Assembly: GCA_965656495.1 (NCBI GenBank) | Contig: CBFHKU010000001.1 | Span: 146,781 to 210,780, forward strand | Reading direction: 5' to 3' | Length of the DNA: 64,000 nt | Source: Coraliomargaritaceae bacterium | GTDB taxonomy: Bacteria > Verrucomicrobiota > Verrucomicrobiia > Opitutales > Coraliomargaritaceae | Shown here: in pieces, positions 63,231 through 64,000 of the stretch | How the letters are laid out: the number at the start of each line of letters is the position of its first letter | Position numbering within the stretch: position 1 is the stretch's first letter | Made by a program: the position numbers and the translations under genes | The notes under the pieces: model-generated | Seen by the model: the letters and a program-made list of their open reading frames with translations, nothing else | Database searches by the model: none | Told to the model about the DNA's origin: nothing

Positions 63231-63995
63231 TTAGCGAAGGAATTGTGGAAGTTTTCCGGATGGATTATGAACTTTATTGCTGCGGCGGATCTTTAAGGGC
63301 ACGTATTTTTTGTCGGTGGCATTGGAAGCCCCTGACCCAGAGGTATTTTCAATTAGGTTATTTTCGGTTCCTGATGGGGTGTTTGAAGCGAATGCAGTCG
63401 TGCCTCGGTAGAGAAAGTTTAGGGTCGACCTATTAGAATGCGGAGATTCGTTTGTGTTTGCTGTACGAGTGGTATTGTTGATGGTGGCAGAATAATCACT
63501 AATGATTACCTGCCCCCGATTCGAAGCCCCATCCGACAAGTCAACATTCTCAGTATTGGCGTCCTGTATTCGAACTCCTGAAGGAGTGCTGCCATTTTGT
63601 CGCCCACCTGCCAATGGGAGATTGTAGCTTTTTGTTCGGGATACAATTAGAGTATCGTATTTGTGCCCCTTGTAATCATAGGTGATGGTTTCGCTGAGGG
63701 GATCAAAACCGACTATGGTGAAACCATTAATATTTTCACCCAATGAAAGCCAAAGTGATTTTTTTGATTTCTTATCATAAATGCTGAACTTGTAGTCGTC
63801 ATTAAGAACGATGAATCCCTTGAGTTCAAACTGTTGCTTTTGGGGATCTACTGAAGGTTTGGGGGCTGGGGGTTTGGCCAGCGGAATGGGTTCTTTATAC
63901 GGTACAAATGGAGAGAATTGCGCGATGCCACCATTGCTACTCAAGACTGCCATCGCTACCGCACCCGCACAAGCATATGTAAAAATTTTGGACAT
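63231..63995 (-). CDS. Hypothetical protein, GspC/PilP-like
   Basis: N-terminal hydrophobic segment, SPFVP, Pro-rich linker, FELKGFI...SLWLSLGENINGFTIV. Confidence 0.55.
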   Translation of the reverse strand: MSKIFTYACAGAVAMAVLSSNGGIAQFSPFVPYKEPIPLAKPPAPKPSVDPQKQQFELKGFIVLNDDYKFSIYDKKSKKSLWLSLGENINGFTIVGFDPLSETITYDYKGHKYDTLIVSRTKSYNLPLAGGRQNGSTPSGVRIQDANTENVDLSDGASNRGQVIISDYSATINNTTRTANTNESPHSNRSTLNFLYRGTTAFASNTPSGTENNLIENTSGSGASNATDKKYVPLKIRRSNKVHNPSGKLPQFLR

Positions 63996-64000
63996 GATAC

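Overview
Bacterial chromosomal window, probably from a PVC-superphylum organism (Opitutae/Puniceicoccales-like). That placement is inferred from the fused ccoNO, PEP-CTERM proteins, a PTS-EIIA/DAC fusion and an RRM protein; no database search was run. The core backbone includes metK, ahcY, a methyltransferase/FAD-oxidoreductase/DUF1365 lipid-modification cluster, galM, ppk1, htpG, an NtrC-type regulator, hemN, the cbb3 oxidase operon, fusA, cimA, tatA, rpoD, dnaG, nuoA, trpA and three tRNAs (Thr-CGT, Gly-GCC, Val-GAC). Four accessory structures stand out. (1) A ~4.7 kb integrase-less islet lies between exact 30-bp direct repeats at tRNA-Gly. Its co-oriented small genes, including three toxin-antitoxin pairs, are separated by degenerate attC-like hairpins, so it looks like a decayed integron cassette array. 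(2) A vapBC pair sits between exact 50-bp copies of the trpA 3' end. (3) A GxxExxY gene between metK and ahcY is bracketed by short-period inverted repeats, and a similar empty element lies before trpA. (4) A lower-GC cell-surface locus encodes a TonB-dependent receptor with a large predicted coiled-coil insertion, an acidic exported protein, two PEP-CTERM paralogs and an O-antigen-ligase-like protein, preceded by 11-bp-spaced GTAAY repeats.
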